Source: Chiloscyllium plagiosum (lineage: Eukaryota). Taken from it: a DNA stretch of 64,000 nt. Under the pieces are notes generated by a model. That model was not told where the DNA came from, made no database searches, and saw only the letters and a list, made by a program, of their open reading frames with translations. The DNA lies in NCBI RefSeq assembly GCF_004010195.1, contig NC_057759.1, positions 6,165,477 through 6,229,476 of the forward strand, written 5' to 3'. How positions within the stretch are numbered: position 1 is the stretch's first letter; every line of letters begins with the position of its first letter. Positions 1 through 12,912 of the stretch are shown here, piece by piece. The translations under genes were made by a program, and so were the position numbers.

Positions 1-265
1 CTCTGGGGCAGAGCATTCCACACAGCCACCACTCTCTGGGTGAAGAAGTTTCTCCTCATCTCTGTCCTAAATGGTGTACCCCATATTTTTAAGCTGTGTC
101 CTCTGGTTCGGCACTCACCCATCAGCGGAAACATGTTTCCTGCTCCCAGAGTGTCCAATCCTTTCATAATCTTATACGTCTCAATCAGATCCCCTCTCAG
201 TCTTCTAAACTCAAGGGTATACAAGACCAGCCGCCTCAGTCTTTCAGTGTAAGGTAATCCCGCCA
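1..265 (-). mobile_element. CR1-type LINE, 3' RT fragment
   Basis: Reverse complement has the typical CR1 ORF2 C-terminal text (LRGDLIETYKI, FTQRVVAVWNALP). Confidence 0.85.
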
Positions 266-1953
266 CTGTTCTGTTGCTGCTGCTCCTGTCTTTGAATGAA
301 GATTGAGTTTCATCAGATTGTAGCATCCTTCCTCTGTCTAAACATCTGTGAATACAGCGCATTCAATTTATTTCTTTTCATTCTGGGTTTCGGTTGTTAA
401 CTTGCAGCAACTGAAAGGAAAGAGAGTGAATCCAGGGAGGGAACAGATGGAAAGGTTGGTCCAGGTCTGTGTCTCAATTAGCAAACACATGGCAATTGAA
501 GTACCACAGTGTGAACTTATTGCCTTTGCTGCAGAAAAAAAAGTAGAAAGGAGGTGTATTGTTTAAATGGTGATACATTGGGATGTGGGGAAAGTGAGGA
601 CGGCAGATCAGAGCCAAAAAGTGTGGTTCTGGAAAAGCGCAGCATATCAGGCAACATCTGAGGAGCAGGCGAGTCGGTGTTTTGGGCATGAGCATTTCAT
701 CAGGAATGATGTGTGGGTGTACAAAGGTGCCTCAGCGTCCTGCTACTCCAGTCAATGTGAGTTGTCAGACAGGTGGAGCAAGCAATGAGCGAGGCAAGTC
801 GTCTATTACCAAGAGGAATTGAGTTCAGAAGTGGGGATGTCTTCCTGCAGTTATGGGGTTATTGAATGTATTCAAGGCTGAGTTAATCAGATTTTTGAAC
901 AATAACGAAGTGGATGGTTCTAGGGGAAGGCAAGACAATGATTTTAAGACCCGTACAGAACAGTTACACAGTCATACATCACAGAAACAGACAATTTGGT
1001 GCAACTAGTCCATGCTAACTATGTTCTCAGGCTAATCTAGTCCGACTTACCAGTGTTTGACCCATATCCCTCTGAGCTGTTCCTGTTCATGTACTTATCC
1101 AATGCCTTTTAAATGTTGTAACTGTATCTGCATCCACCACTTCCTCTGGACATTCATTCCACAAACAAACCACTTTCTCTGTAAAAAGAAAAAACTGGTG
1201 CTTGAAATCTTTCTCCTCTCACCTTCAAAATTTGCTGCCTAATCTTGAAACCTCCACCTTAGGGAAAGGACACCCACTGTTCAACTCACCTATAACCCTC
1301 AATTTTATAGACCTCTAAGGTCACCTCTCAATCTCCTATGCTTCAGTGAAAAGAGTCCCAGTGTATTCACCTAAATGTAGGTATATTCATATCCAATTAT
1401 GATGTGTTCAATGCTGGTGAAGGCTCGTAAGACCAAATGGCCTGTTCCCATTTCTAATACTGTGACCAGGACAGCAAGAGACCATAAGACATAGGAACAG
1501 AAATTAGGCCATTCAGCCCATTACGTCTGCTCCACCATTCAATCGTAGCTGATAGGTTTCTCAACCCCATTCTCTCGATTTCTCCCTATAACCCTCGATC
1601 CCCTTGACACTCAAGAACCTGTCTCAGTCTTAAATATGGTGGCATCCATACGTAGAACAGTTGATCTTCTGTAATTACACCGGCACCACTCCCCACCTCT
1701 TCCTCTGCTACATTGATGACTGCATTGGCGCCACCTCGTGCTCCCGCGAGGAGGTTGAGCAATTCATCAACTTCACCAACACATTCCACCCTGACCTTAA
1801 ATTTACCTTGACCATCTCTGACACCTCCCTCCTCTTCCTGGACCTCTCCATCTCCATTAATGACAACCGACATGACACTGACATTTTTTACAAACTCCCA
1901 CAGCTATCTGGATTACACCTCTTCCCACCCTACATCTTGCAAAAATGCCATCC

Positions 1954-2621
1954 NNNNNNNNNNNNNNNNNNNNNNNNNNNNNNNNNNNNNNNNNNNNNNN
2001 NNNNNNNNNNNNNNNNNNNNNNNNNNNNNNNNNNNNNNNNNNNNNNNNNNNNNNNNNNNNNNNNNNNNNNNNNNNNNNNNNNNNNNNNNNNNNNNNNNNN
2101 NNNNNNNNNNNNNNNNNNNNNNNNNNNNNNNNNNNNNNNNNNNNNNNNNNNNNNNNNNNNNNNNNNNNNNNNNNNNNNNNNNNNNNNNNNNNNNNNNNNN
2201 NNNNNNNNNNNNNNNNNNNNNNNNNNNNNNNNNNNNNNNNNNNNNNNNNNNNNNNNNNNNNNNNNNNNNNNNNNNNNNNNNNNNNNNNNNNNNNNNNNNN
2301 NNNNNNNNNNNNNNNNNNNNNNNNNNNNNNNNNNNNNNNNNNNNNNNNNNNNNNNNNNNNNNNNNNNNNNNNNNNNNNNNNNNNNNNNNNNNNNNNNNNN
2401 NNNNNNNNNNNNNNNNNNNNNNNNNNNNNNNNNNNNNNNNNNNNNNNNNNNNNNNNNNNNNNNNNNNNNNNNNNNNNNNNNNNNNNNNNNNNNNNNNNNN
2501 NNNNNNNNNNNNNNNNNNNNNNNNNNNNNNNNNNNNNNNNNNNNNNNNNNNNNNNNNNNNNNNNNNNNNNNNNNNNNNNNNNNNNNNNNNNNNNNNNNNN
2601 NNNNNNNNNNNNNNNNNNNNN
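1954..2621. other. Assembly gap (N run)
   Basis: Run of n characters. Confidence 1.
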
Positions 2622-2838
2622 CTGGAAGAGCACAGCAATTCAGGCAGCATCCGATGAGCAGCAAAATCGACGTTTCGGGCAAAAGCCCTTCATCAGGAAT
2701 AAAGGCAGAGAGCCTGAAGCGTGGCGATTATCTCTCCACGCTTCAGGCTCTCTGCCTTTATTCCTGATGAAGGGCTTTTGCCCGAAACGTCGATTTTGCT
2801 GCTCATCGGATGCTGCCTGAATTGCTGTGCTCTTCCAG
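2622..2838. repeat. Perfect inverted repeat of Penelope pseudo-LTR (103-bp arms, 11-nt spacer)
   Basis: 2622-2724 is the reverse complement of 2736-2838. Confidence 0.95.
2760..2795 (+). ncRNA. Minimal type I hammerhead ribozyme motif (PLE-associated)
   Basis: ATTC-CTGATGA-A-GGGC-TTTT-GCCC-GAAACGTC-GATT: CUGAUGA/GAAA core, helix II, palindromic ACGU in place of helix III. A mirror copy lies on - at 2665-2700. Confidence 0.75.
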
Positions 2839-3039
2839 CACCACTGATCCAGAATCTGCTTTCCAGCATTTGCAGTCATTGTTTTTACCTCAGTCTTAAA
2901 TATACTCAGTGACTGACCTCCATAGCCTTTTGTGGCAACGAATTCCATAGATTCACCACTCTCTGGCTGAAGAAGATTCTCCTTGTCTCTGTTCTAAAAG
3001 GTCTTCACTTTACTTTAAGACTGTGTTCTTGGGTCCTAG

Positions 3040-3167
3040 GAGAAAGTGAGGACTGCAGATGCTGGAGTATCAGAGCTGAAAATGTGTTGCTGGAAAAGCG
3101 CAGCAAGTCAGGCAGCATCCAAGGAACAGGAGAATCGACGTTTCGGGCATAAGCCCTTCTTCAGGAA
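3040..3167 (-). mobile_element. Short Penelope pseudo-LTR insertion with hammerhead core
   Basis: 13-bp TSD TCTTGGGTCCTAG at 3027-3039 and 3168-3180. The minus strand begins TTCCTGAAGAAGGGCTTATGCCCGAAACGTCGATT. Confidence 0.85.
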
Positions 3168-3424
3168 TCTTGGGTCCTAGTCTCTCCTACCAATGGAAAC
3201 ATTTCCCAATGTCCGTTCTGTCGAGGCCATTCAGTATTCAGTCAGTTTCAATTCGATCCCTCCTGAGAGTGGGATTGTTAATGAGCATGAATCAGAACCT
3301 TCAGGATGAGATACAGCAGGGATTAGGTTCAGCAAGTTGAGAATGGAGGCAGTGTGTGTGTGGGATGGAGATTTTAAGCGTTTAGGGAATGATAGAGGAA
3401 AGAACGTTTGATTATATATTAGAA

Positions 3425-4225
3425 TTGATCAGATGGGCTGAGGAATGGCAGATGAGTTTAGTTTAGATAAATGAGGTATTGCATTTTGGTAAGGCAAATC
3501 AGAGCAGGACTTTCCAGTTAATGGAGAATGTTGCAGAACAAAGAGACCTCACAATGCAGCTTCATAGTTCCTTGAAAGTGGAGGCACTGTTAGACAGGAT
3601 AGTGAACAAGGCGTTTGGTATGCTTGCCTTTATTGGTTAGTGCATTCAGTACAGGGGTTGGGAGGTCATGTTACGACTGTACAGGACATTGATTAGGCCA
3701 CTTCTGGAATACTGCTTCCAGTTCTGGTCTTTCTGATGCAGGAAGGATGTTGTGAAACATTGAAAGGATTCAGAAAGATGTACAAGGCTGTTGCCAGCAT
3801 TGGAAGCTTTAAGCTGTAGGGAGAGGCTGAATAAGCTGAGACTGCTCTCCCTGGAGTGTCAGAGGCTGAGGGGTGAGCTTATTGAAGTTCATAAAGGGCA
3901 GGGATGGGGTGAGTAGCCAAGATCTTTTCCCCAGGGTAGGGGAGTCCAAAACTAGAGGGCATAGGTTTGAGGTGAGAGGGAAATGATTTAAAAGGAACCT
4001 GAGGGGCAACTGTTTTATGCAGAGGGTGGTGCATGTATGGAATAAGCTGCCAGGGGAAGTGGTGGAGGCTGGTACAATTATAACATTTTAAAAGACAACT
4101 GGGTATGTGAACAGGAAGGGTTTAGAGGACCAAATGCTGGCAAATGGGACTGGACTAATTCAGATATCGTTTTGTCACTGACAAGTTGGACCAAAGGGTC
4201 TGTTTCTGTGCTGTCTGACTCTAAC
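3425..4225 (+). mobile_element. CR1 LINE 3' portion (degenerate)
   Basis: Degenerate CR1 ORF2 C-terminus (YRTLIRPLLEYC, RLRGELIEV, QRVVHVWNKLP) plus 3' UTR. Confidence 0.85.
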
Positions 4226-4849
4226 TGTCTTCGGTGAAAGAAGTGTCGTTGTGAAGACTGGACTTGAGAGCAGCTTTCAAAGATGTTTTGCCCGACTGGG
4301 AGCAGAAAAAGTTACAGTGAAATCTTTCGTTTGTGAGACAGCAACTGAGTGAATGAGTAGATCTGGGATTTTGGTGAAAAGTAGGAATTCATTGCACTAT
4401 AGGGAAAACGTGCTTTCAGGTTTAGCGGCAGTAAGTGAAGTTTTAGGTGGGTTTTTGTTTTAAACTGCTAATTTCTTTCAGCCTCCAATGTTGTATTTCC
4501 AATGCTATGCAGCAGAAGGAGCGGTGAATCAATAACTGGTATTGTTAAATGCGTTACGAGTTTCAATACTGCAGGTATTGCATTGTTTCATCAGCATTGT
4601 AGAGTTTACTGGCAGCAGCGGGAAGTGTGGGCTGTATTCACTAGAAACGATTAAACAGTTAGGTAACACAAAAATGAGAGGGCAGGGTTGGACTTGTCTT
4701 TTGATTTGCAGATGGTGGGAGGTTCTGGGTGCTGTGATCCAGAGCAAACACAACTGCAGTAAATTATAGAAGCCCTACAGTGTGGAATCAGGCCATTTGG
4801 CACATCAAGTCCACACTGACCCCAAAAAAGAAAATGCCAGCCCACTGTC

Positions 4850-5190
4850 TCCTACTCGATCCAGTTGTTTCTGCTAGTGGGCAAGACTGTTCCAAGACAC
4901 AAGGCCTCAAGGTAAGGGGAAACAGATTTAGGATAGAAATGGGGAGGAACTGCTTTTCCCAGACAGCAGTGAATCTATGCAATTCTCTGCCCAAGGAAGC
5001 AATAGAGGCAGCTTCATTAAGTATATTCAAGACACAGTTGGATGGGTTTTTGCATGGTAGAGGAATCAAGGATAGTTGGGATAATGCTGGTAGGAAGAGC
5101 TGAGACTATGGATAGATCAGCCATGATCTTAATGAATGGCCGAGCAGGCTCGACGGGCCAAATGGCCTACTCCTGCTTCGATTACTATGA
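4850..5190 (+). mobile_element. CR1 LINE 3' end
   Basis: ORF 4780-5103 ends in FSQTAVNLCNSLP...FKTQLD, followed by the 3' UTR stem (GGCCAAATGGCC). Confidence 0.8.
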
Positions 5191-7464
5191 AACTATAACC
5201 CTGCATTTCCCATAGCTAACCCACCTAACTTGCACATCCCTAGATAGTATTGGTAATTTAGCATGGCCAATCCAAATCAAGGCAGGTGAGTGAGTAGTGA
5301 TGTAGTAAATAAACGTCAGAGAAAGATAGACAGGGACGAGGAGAATAAATGTACCAGGAATCAAAACTGGATTCAAAATGTTATAAAATTGAAATTAAAA
5401 GCTGTGGTGTCTGAATATGTGCTGTATTGTAACGCAAGTGAGTGAATTGACTGCACCTGTTAAAGAGAATAGTTTTGATCTGAGACTCCTTAGAGACATG
5501 GCTTCAGGATGACAGGGATTGGATCCTGAATATTTAGTGGGTATGTGGCATTCAGGTCGAATGAGAAGCTCAGTTAAGGTAGAGGATTGGCACTAATAAT
5601 CAAAGCACTGATAACATGGTGGTCTGCTGTTGGCTCAGACTTCAGGTTCTGTTTTCTCTGTCCTCTGTTGATCTGCCTGTTCCCACAAAGTAAGATGGTG
5701 TCAGTTCTCAGCTCAGCTTTGACCTCCTTTTACACCTTCTGATTCAATAAAACAGTAAATCAGTCGATCAAGGCCCAATCCACAATCTCCCAGCCTGTCA
5801 AACCATCCAGACACAGAATGTCATCATAGCAGGGAGTAAAACAAGAAAAGTGAGAAAAAATAAAATTCACAGTTGGTGCTTGTAGTTAATGTTTTTCATT
5901 AGAAGGTAAACCAGAAATAGGGGTCTCGCAGTGCCGTTCTTGAGGAATTCTCTCTCCCTTACATCTAAATATTAGTACCTTGCTCTGAATTGTAACAATA
6001 CTCACGTCAACTAAAATAAAGCATCTGTTATCAAGTAGACATAGAGATGTACAGCATAGAAAAAACAACTTTTCGATCCAACACCCCCATGCTGACAAGA
6101 TATCCGATGCAAATCTAGTTCCATCTGCCAGCATTTGGCTCATATCGCTTCAACTCCTTCCTATTCATATACTCATCCAGATTCCTTTTAAATGTTGTAA
6201 TTGTATCAGCCTCCACCACTTTCTCTGGAGCTCACAACATACATGCACCACCCACTGCGTGACCCGTAGTTCCCTTTTAAATCTTCTCCTCTCACTCTAA
6301 ACCTTTTGCACCCCCACCCTGGGAAAATGACTTTCCCATTTTCCCTACCGTGCCCCTCATGATTTTAAAAACCTCTGAGGTCACCAGTCAGCCTCCACTC
6401 CAGGGAAAACAGCACTAGCATATTCAGCCTTTCCCTGTAGGTCAAATCCTCTAATGGCAACATCCTTGTAAATCTTTTCTGAACACTTTCAAGTTTAACA
6501 ACATATTTCCTGTCCTATAGCAGGGAGACAAGAATTGAATGCGCTGACCAATAAGACAAGCATACCAAACACCACGTGCACGTGAGTGTGTGTGCATGCT
6601 TGGTAAAATGTGTGATGGAGTATAAGCCTTTGCGAGGGTGGGTGTGTGTGGGGAGAGTATGTCTATGTATCTGGGAGAGAGCAAGTGTATGAGAAAGAGT
6701 GTCTGCATGAGTGTGTGTATATGTGCTTGTGTGAGAGTATACAGTACAGTGGATGTAAACCCAAGATCCCAGTTGAGGCTTTCCTCATTGATACTGAACT
6801 TAGAACATAGAACAGTACAGCACAGAACAGGCCCTTCAGCCCACGATGTTGTGCCGACAACTTGACAATCAGTCTCTGCTCGTCCACTAGAAATAATTAA
6901 GCAGTTCCACAACACACATTGGAGAAGGCCGGGTGGGACTTGTCTTTCAATTTTCTGGGAGGATCTGGATGCTGTCTTCCAGGTCAAACACATGTTGGAG
7001 GACCTTCGGCTCAGAGAGATGGAGCTGGAAGCCAGGCTCCAGACATGTTGGGAGGAAATGAGTAAAGCTAACCGGACACTTTATTCCAGGAGATGGTCTT
7101 CCCCTCCAGATAGCCTTCTAATTGGGTCAGTGGACAGGGTCAGGAGAGTGCGAGTCAGACAGGTAAAGGAGATCTGAGAGAGGGCTGCAGGCTGGAGAAG
7201 CTGGGTGGTGGGTGGTGACAGTAACGACAATGTTGGGGAGTGGGAGGTGTTGGTAATGGACAGAATAGTGACAGGCATTGTCTCCGTTCTCTGCAACTGG
7301 CAGCAGGAGGCCAAATGGCATCTGTGTCTGTCTGGCAGGAGGACTCAGAAACAGAAGTGGGAAAGGGAGGTTGCAGCGGGTATGATTCAACAATGTCGGG
7401 AGGAGAGATCCTCTGTTGCAGGCTCACTAGAAGTTACAAAGACAAAGCAGAACCTCAAAGCTCT

Positions 7465-7745
7465 GGGTGGCATGGCTCAGCGGTTAGACCACTCCCTCAT
7501 GACCCCAGGGACCCAGGTTCGATACCACCCTTAGGGGACTGTCTGTGCTCTATGGCACGTTCTCCACCTTGTGTCCGTGTGAGTTACCTCTGGATGCTCA
7601 GGTTTCCTCCCACAGTTCAAAAATTTGCAGTTCAGGGTGGATTGGCCATGCTAAAGTGTCCAGAAATGTGCAGGTTAGGGTGTATTAGCAATGGGGAAAT
7701 GCAGGGCTGTAGGGTAAGTGGGTTGGTCTGGGTTTGGTGCTGTTC
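7465..7745 (+). mobile_element. HE1-like tRNA-derived SINE (diverged)
   Basis: GGTGGCATGGCTCAGCGGTTAG A-box-like and GGTTCGATACC B-box-like head, followed by the body motif GGATTGGCCATGCTAAA. Confidence 0.75.
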
Positions 7746-7824
7746 AGAAGCTAGTCTGCTGTGGAGGAATGGGTTCCAGTTCGTAGGACACTCGACATCA
7801 GTCCTGGCGAAGATGGGATTTGTG

Positions 7825-8110
7825 CTGTCTCTCTCTCCACTCCTACCACTTTCTCCCCCCCCCAACCATTCTCTCTCTCCCACACTCATACCCCTCCATT
7901 CTGTCTCACTCCAACCCTCTGCTGCCTTTCTCTCTCCTCCATTCTCTTATGCACCCTCGTCCCCCCCCAGTCTCTCTTCAGCCCCACCCTCTATCCTTCT
8001 GTCCATTTTCTCTGTCTCCCCACACCCTCTACACCCCCCCCATCTATTCTCTCTCTTTCTCTCTCTCTCCCTTCCCACCCCCATCCTTTCTCATGCCTCA
8101 AGCCCTCTCT
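7825..8110 (+). repeat. CT-rich low-complexity tract
   Basis: Strongly pyrimidine-biased sequence; it explains the Ser/Pro/Leu-rich ORFs. Confidence 0.85.
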
Positions 8111-8869
8111 GAATGCTGAATCAAGCCCTTCAAGAACACGGAGAATGGATGGTGATGACTCTACCTGGGAGATGGGAGTGCATGAGAAATGGCTGGCCTT
8201 TAAACTTACTAGCTAAAATGATATCTTTAGAAACATCATAAAAGTCTGAAAGCATGTTCAATTTTAAAAAAAAAAGCTTCAGAATTCTTTGACAAAATTG
8301 CTTGAAATATGCGCAGTTAGGCCACAGCTAAGGACAGGCTGTAAGGGGTGGATGGTCTATTCCAAATCTTGTGCAATTGGTTCCGACTATGTAGAAATCG
8401 AGCCATAGATTTATGGAGCATGGAAACAAAATTTTTGATCCACACCGACAAGATATCCTAAATTAATATAGTGACCTATTCGCCAGCATTTGGTCCATAT
8501 CCCACTAAACCCTTCCCATTCATATACCCATCCAGATGCCTTTTAAATGTTATCATTGTAGCAGCCTCTACCAGTTCCTCTGGCAGCTCATTCATTTCAC
8601 GCACCACCCTTTGCATGAAAAGGTTACCCCTCAGGTCCCTTTTAAATCTTCATCCTCTCATCCTAAAGCTATGCCCCTCTAGATCTGGACAGCATTCCAC
8701 CCTGGGGAAAACGCATACAAACATTGAGCACCTGGACAAAATGTAAACAGAATAAAATAAAATATCGAGCCACAGTAGGGAAAGAAAATTGTGACTGCAG
8801 CCTTTTTTTAAACGATTGGCATTTAGACACTTTAAATTTGTCAGTAACACCAGCATCTTCACATTGCAT

Positions 8870-9305
8870 ACTGCGCATGCTCCTCAGAGTCAGCAAGCAC
8901 TGTGAATGTTCACCGGTGTCAGCAAAATAATGTGCATGCTCCTCGCTCACTGCAGAAATGGCCTGCAACATTTTTTAATGGACCAATGAGGAGCCCTAGA
9001 CAACCGGAAGGAGTATGGTCCTCCTGCCAGTCAGAACCCTCCTTTTGTCTGAATGCAGACACTGGACCATGAGCTTTGGAAGTTGCTGCACCTCTCTGTG
9101 AATAAAGATTGAGTTTCACCCCAGACTGCAAACTTCCTTCCTCTGTCCAACATCTGTGCATATAGCACGCTCTTTTCTCACCCCCTTTTCCATTTCTTTG
9201 TTTCATTCTGGGATTCAATTGTTGACTTGCAGGAACTGAAAGGAAAGGGAGTGAACAGACTCTGGAAAAGCCGTCCACATCTGGGTCTCCATTGGCAAAC
9301 ACATG
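8870..9305 (+). promoter_or_regulatory. Promoter-like module and candidate 5' UTR exon (paralog at 270-491)
   Basis: TGCGCATGC (NRF1-like) 8872, CCAAT 8983, CCGGAAG (ETS-like) 9004. Candidate exon cttgcag|9233-9305|gtaaat. Confidence 0.4.
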
Positions 9306-11851
9306 GTAAATGCAGGACCACAGTTTGAAGTTATAACCTTTGCTGCAAAAAGAAAAAGCAGAAAAGAGGTATATGGTTTAAATGGTGATATATTGGGATG
9401 TGGAGAAAGTGAGGAGTGGAGAAAGTGAGGACTGCAGATCAGAGTCAGGAAGATTGGCGCTGGCAAAGCACAGTAGGTCAGGCAACATCAAAGAAGCAGG
9501 AGAAAAAAATGTATCGGGCTTGACCCTTTCGTCAGGAATGATGTGTGGATGTACAAAGGCGCCTCTGTGTCCTTCTACACCAGTCAATGTCAGTTGTCAG
9601 ACTGGTGCAGCAAGCAATGAGATTGGCAAGTGATATATTAGCAAGAGGAATGGAGTTCAGAAGTGGGGATGTCTTCTGCAGTTAGGGGGTCATTGAATAT
9701 ATTCAAGGCGGAGTTCATCTGATTTTTGAACAACAAGGAAGTGCATGGTTCTGGGGAAAGGCAAGAAAATAGTTCTATGACCAGTATTGTACAGGAACAG
9801 TCATACAGCCCAAAAACAGTCCCTTCAGTCCATCTCGTCCATGCAGACTATGTTCTCAAATTAAACTAGTCCCACTTGCTAGTATTTGGCCCATATCACT
9901 CTGAACCTTTCTGATTCATGAACTTATGCAAATATCTTTTGAACGTTGTTACAGTACTTGTATTCAGAACTTCCTCTGGACATGCATTCCACAAAGAAAT
10001 TGCTTTCTTAAAAAAAAATCCTCGTTTTTTTGAAAAAGTCTTTCTCCTTTCACCTTCAACATTTGCTCCCTAATCATGAAAACCCCACCCCAGGGAAAAG
10101 ACACTTGCCGTTTACCTCATCTATACCCCTCATGATTTTATAACCCTCTACAAGGTCACGTCTCAACCTCCTATGCTCCAGTGAAAAAAGTCCCAGCCTA
10201 TCCGCCTACATGTATCCAATGAGAGAGGAAAAAGCATTTGATATAATTTAGAATTGATTGGATGTACTGATGGTTTGAGGCTTGGCAGATGGATAATTTA
10301 AATAAATGCGAGTTGTTTCAAAGAGACCTTGGAGTGCAGGTTTATAGTTTCTTGCAAGTGCAGAGGCCGGTTGATAGGATAGTGAAGGTGTTTCCTTTAT
10401 TGGTCAGAGCATTGAGTATAGGTGTTGGGAAGTCATGTTGCAGCTGTGCAGGTCATTGGTTAGGCCACTTTTGGAATACTGCATTCAGTTCTGGTCTCCC
10501 TGCTATAGGAAAGATGTTATGAAACTTTGAAAGGGATTGGAAAAGATTTACGCTGCTGTTCTCAGACTTGGAAGGTTTGAGCTTTTGGGAGAGACTGAAT
10601 AGGCTGGGGCTGTTTTCCACGGAGCATCGGAGGCTGAGGGGTGACCTTACAGAAGTGTATAAGGGGCAGGGATAGGGTGAATAGCCAAGATCTTTGCCCC
10701 AGGGTATAGGAGTCCAAAATAAAGGGGAGAGAAAGAAACCTACACTGCTAACTGACACAGCAGTAAATCTGCCATTACAGAACATCAGAGTGAGTGTAGG
10801 GAAAATTAACAAACAGCAAAATTCACATATACCTTTGGAGGAACCTGTGGGAGAGAGCTCACAGCACAGGAACAGATAAGTGCATAGTTTTTAACGTGTA
10901 ACCTTGCTGTATGTCTACACTGGTGTACAGAGTGGGTTCTTTCTTGATTATATGTTTAATTGAAGTCTGTCTCTATTAAATGTAAAAAATGTAAACTGTA
11001 AGTATTAGGTTAGCCTGGAGCACTGGTTTTCAGTGCAAAACAATGGTGCTATTGTCTGGTTCTGTAGATTGTGGAGGACATATGGCCTTTCTTAGAGTAA
11101 TATACTCTTCCTGTCTGATGTGGGAAATTAGGGAGAGTTTCAATGTTACTGTTGATTATGTCTGCAGTAAATGTGTTTGGTTGTGAATCACATGGCTCAG
11201 CTGGAGCGACAGTTCGAGGAATGAGGAATTTACAAGAATATTACAATGAGGAATACATCCAGGAAAGTCATTTGGGTGGAATTGAGAAATAAAGAGTTAA
11301 TCACCTAATTGCGATTGCATTACAGATCGCTGAATAGTCAATCGAAAATAGAGAAACAAATTTGTAAGGAGATTTCAGTTATCTGTAAGAATAATGGGTG
11401 GTTATGGTTAGGGATTTTAACTTTCCAAACACAGAGTAGGGGGTGTGACGGATGGCAGTTATCAGAAGGAAGAAAAACTGCAAATACAGTCAGGTGGATG
11501 GGTTAGCTCCAGGGAAGGTAGGAGGGGTAGGCAGGTAGTCCAGGAGTCTTCTGTGGTTATCCCCATTTCAAACAAGTATGCGGATTGGAAAATGTAGGGG
11601 GTGATGGAATGTCAGGGGAATGTAGCACAAACAGCCACATAACTGGTACCCAGGCAGGTTCTAATGCAATGAGGGTTATGTTGGGATCCAAGCGATCGAT
11701 TGTGAAGAGGACTCTCCAGTCAGAGGCACAAACAAGTTTCCGTGGTCAGCAGCAAAAAATAAGTATGGTGTGTTACCTCCCTGGTGCCAGGATCAAGGAT
11801 GTCTCAGAAATGGTGCAGAATGTTCTCAAAGGGGAGAGGGACCAGCAGGAC

Positions 11852-12912
11852 ATAGAACATAGAACAATACAGCACAGAACAGGCCCTTCGGCCCACGATG
11901 TTGTACCGAACATTTGTCCTAGCTTAAGCACCCATCCATGTACCTATCCAATTGCCGCTTAAAGGTCACCAAAGATTCTGACTCTACCACTACCACAGGC
12001 AGCGCATTCCATGCCCCCACCACTCTGGGTTAAGAACCTACCCCTGACATCTCCCCTATACCTTCCACCCTTCACCTTAAATTTATGCCCCTTGTAACAC
12101 TCTGTTGCACCCGGGGAAAAAGCTTCTGACTGTCTACTCTATCTATTCCCCTAATCATCTTATAAACCTCTATCAAGTCACCCCTCATCCTTCGCCGTTC
12201 CAACAAGAAAAGGCCGAGAACTCTCAACCTATCCTCGTACGACCTATTCTCCATTCCAGCCAACATCCTGGTAAATCTCTATTTCTGACTTCAGCCCATA
12301 CTACCTCTAAAGGCAGATCCCCCTCGAACTGCCTTTCTGCAGCTGTTATACCATTTCTAATTAGCAACGCCATCCCCCCTCCTTTTTTACCACCCTCCCT
12401 AATCTTACTGAAACATCTGTAACCAGGAACCTCCAACAACCATTCCTGTCCCTCTTCTATCCATGTTTCCGTGATGGCCACAACATCGTAGTCCCAGGTA
12501 CCTATCCACGCCTTAAGTTCACCGACCTTATTTCTGATACTCCTTGCGTTGAAGTATACGCACTTGAACCCATCTCTGTGTCCGCAAGTATTCCCTATCA
12601 GTGCTACCTTCTTCACCGCCTCCCCACACACTTGGACATCCTGACAAACAGCTAGCCTACTTGCTGGACTACAAGTCCGGATCCCATCCCCCTGCCAAAT
12701 TAGTTTAAACTCCCCGAAGATAGCTAGCAAATCTACCCCCCAGGATATTGGTGCCCTTCTGGTTCAGGTGCAACCCGTCCTGCTTGTACAGGTCCCACCT
12801 TCCCCAGAATGCAGTCCAATTGTCCAAATACCTGAAGCCATCCCTCCTACATCATCCTTGCAACCACGTGTTCAACTGCACTCTCTCCCTAATCCTTGCC
12901 TCACTGTCACGT
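11852..12912 (-). mobile_element. Younger, internally deleted CR1 nested in CR1 ORF1
   Basis: The 3' tail (TTCTATG)n and RT end (11852-12277) join directly to the endonuclease start 'CVYFNARSIRNK...AITETW' (12278-12730). The host reading 'QQDI|IVYIGTN' is split by it. Confidence 0.85.

Larger units (their letters stand above)
1638..2888 (+). mobile_element. Penelope-like retroelement (RT fragment, gap, inverted pseudo-LTRs) inserted in a CR1 3' end
   Basis: The ORF at 1661 has YIDD and 'FINFTNTFHPDLKFT...FLDLSISI', typical of PLE RT. A 15-bp TSD CTCAGTCTTAAATAT lies at 1623-1637 and 2889-2903. Confidence 0.88.

Noticed and set aside
1661..2820. Long ORFs of 245-368 aa in the ORF track
   Set aside because: They run through the N gap; only the Penelope RT piece before 1953 is real.
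7240..8216. 290-aa and 151-aa ORFs
   Set aside because: Chance read-through of CR1 ORF1 debris, a SINE and a CT-rich tract; no domain signal.
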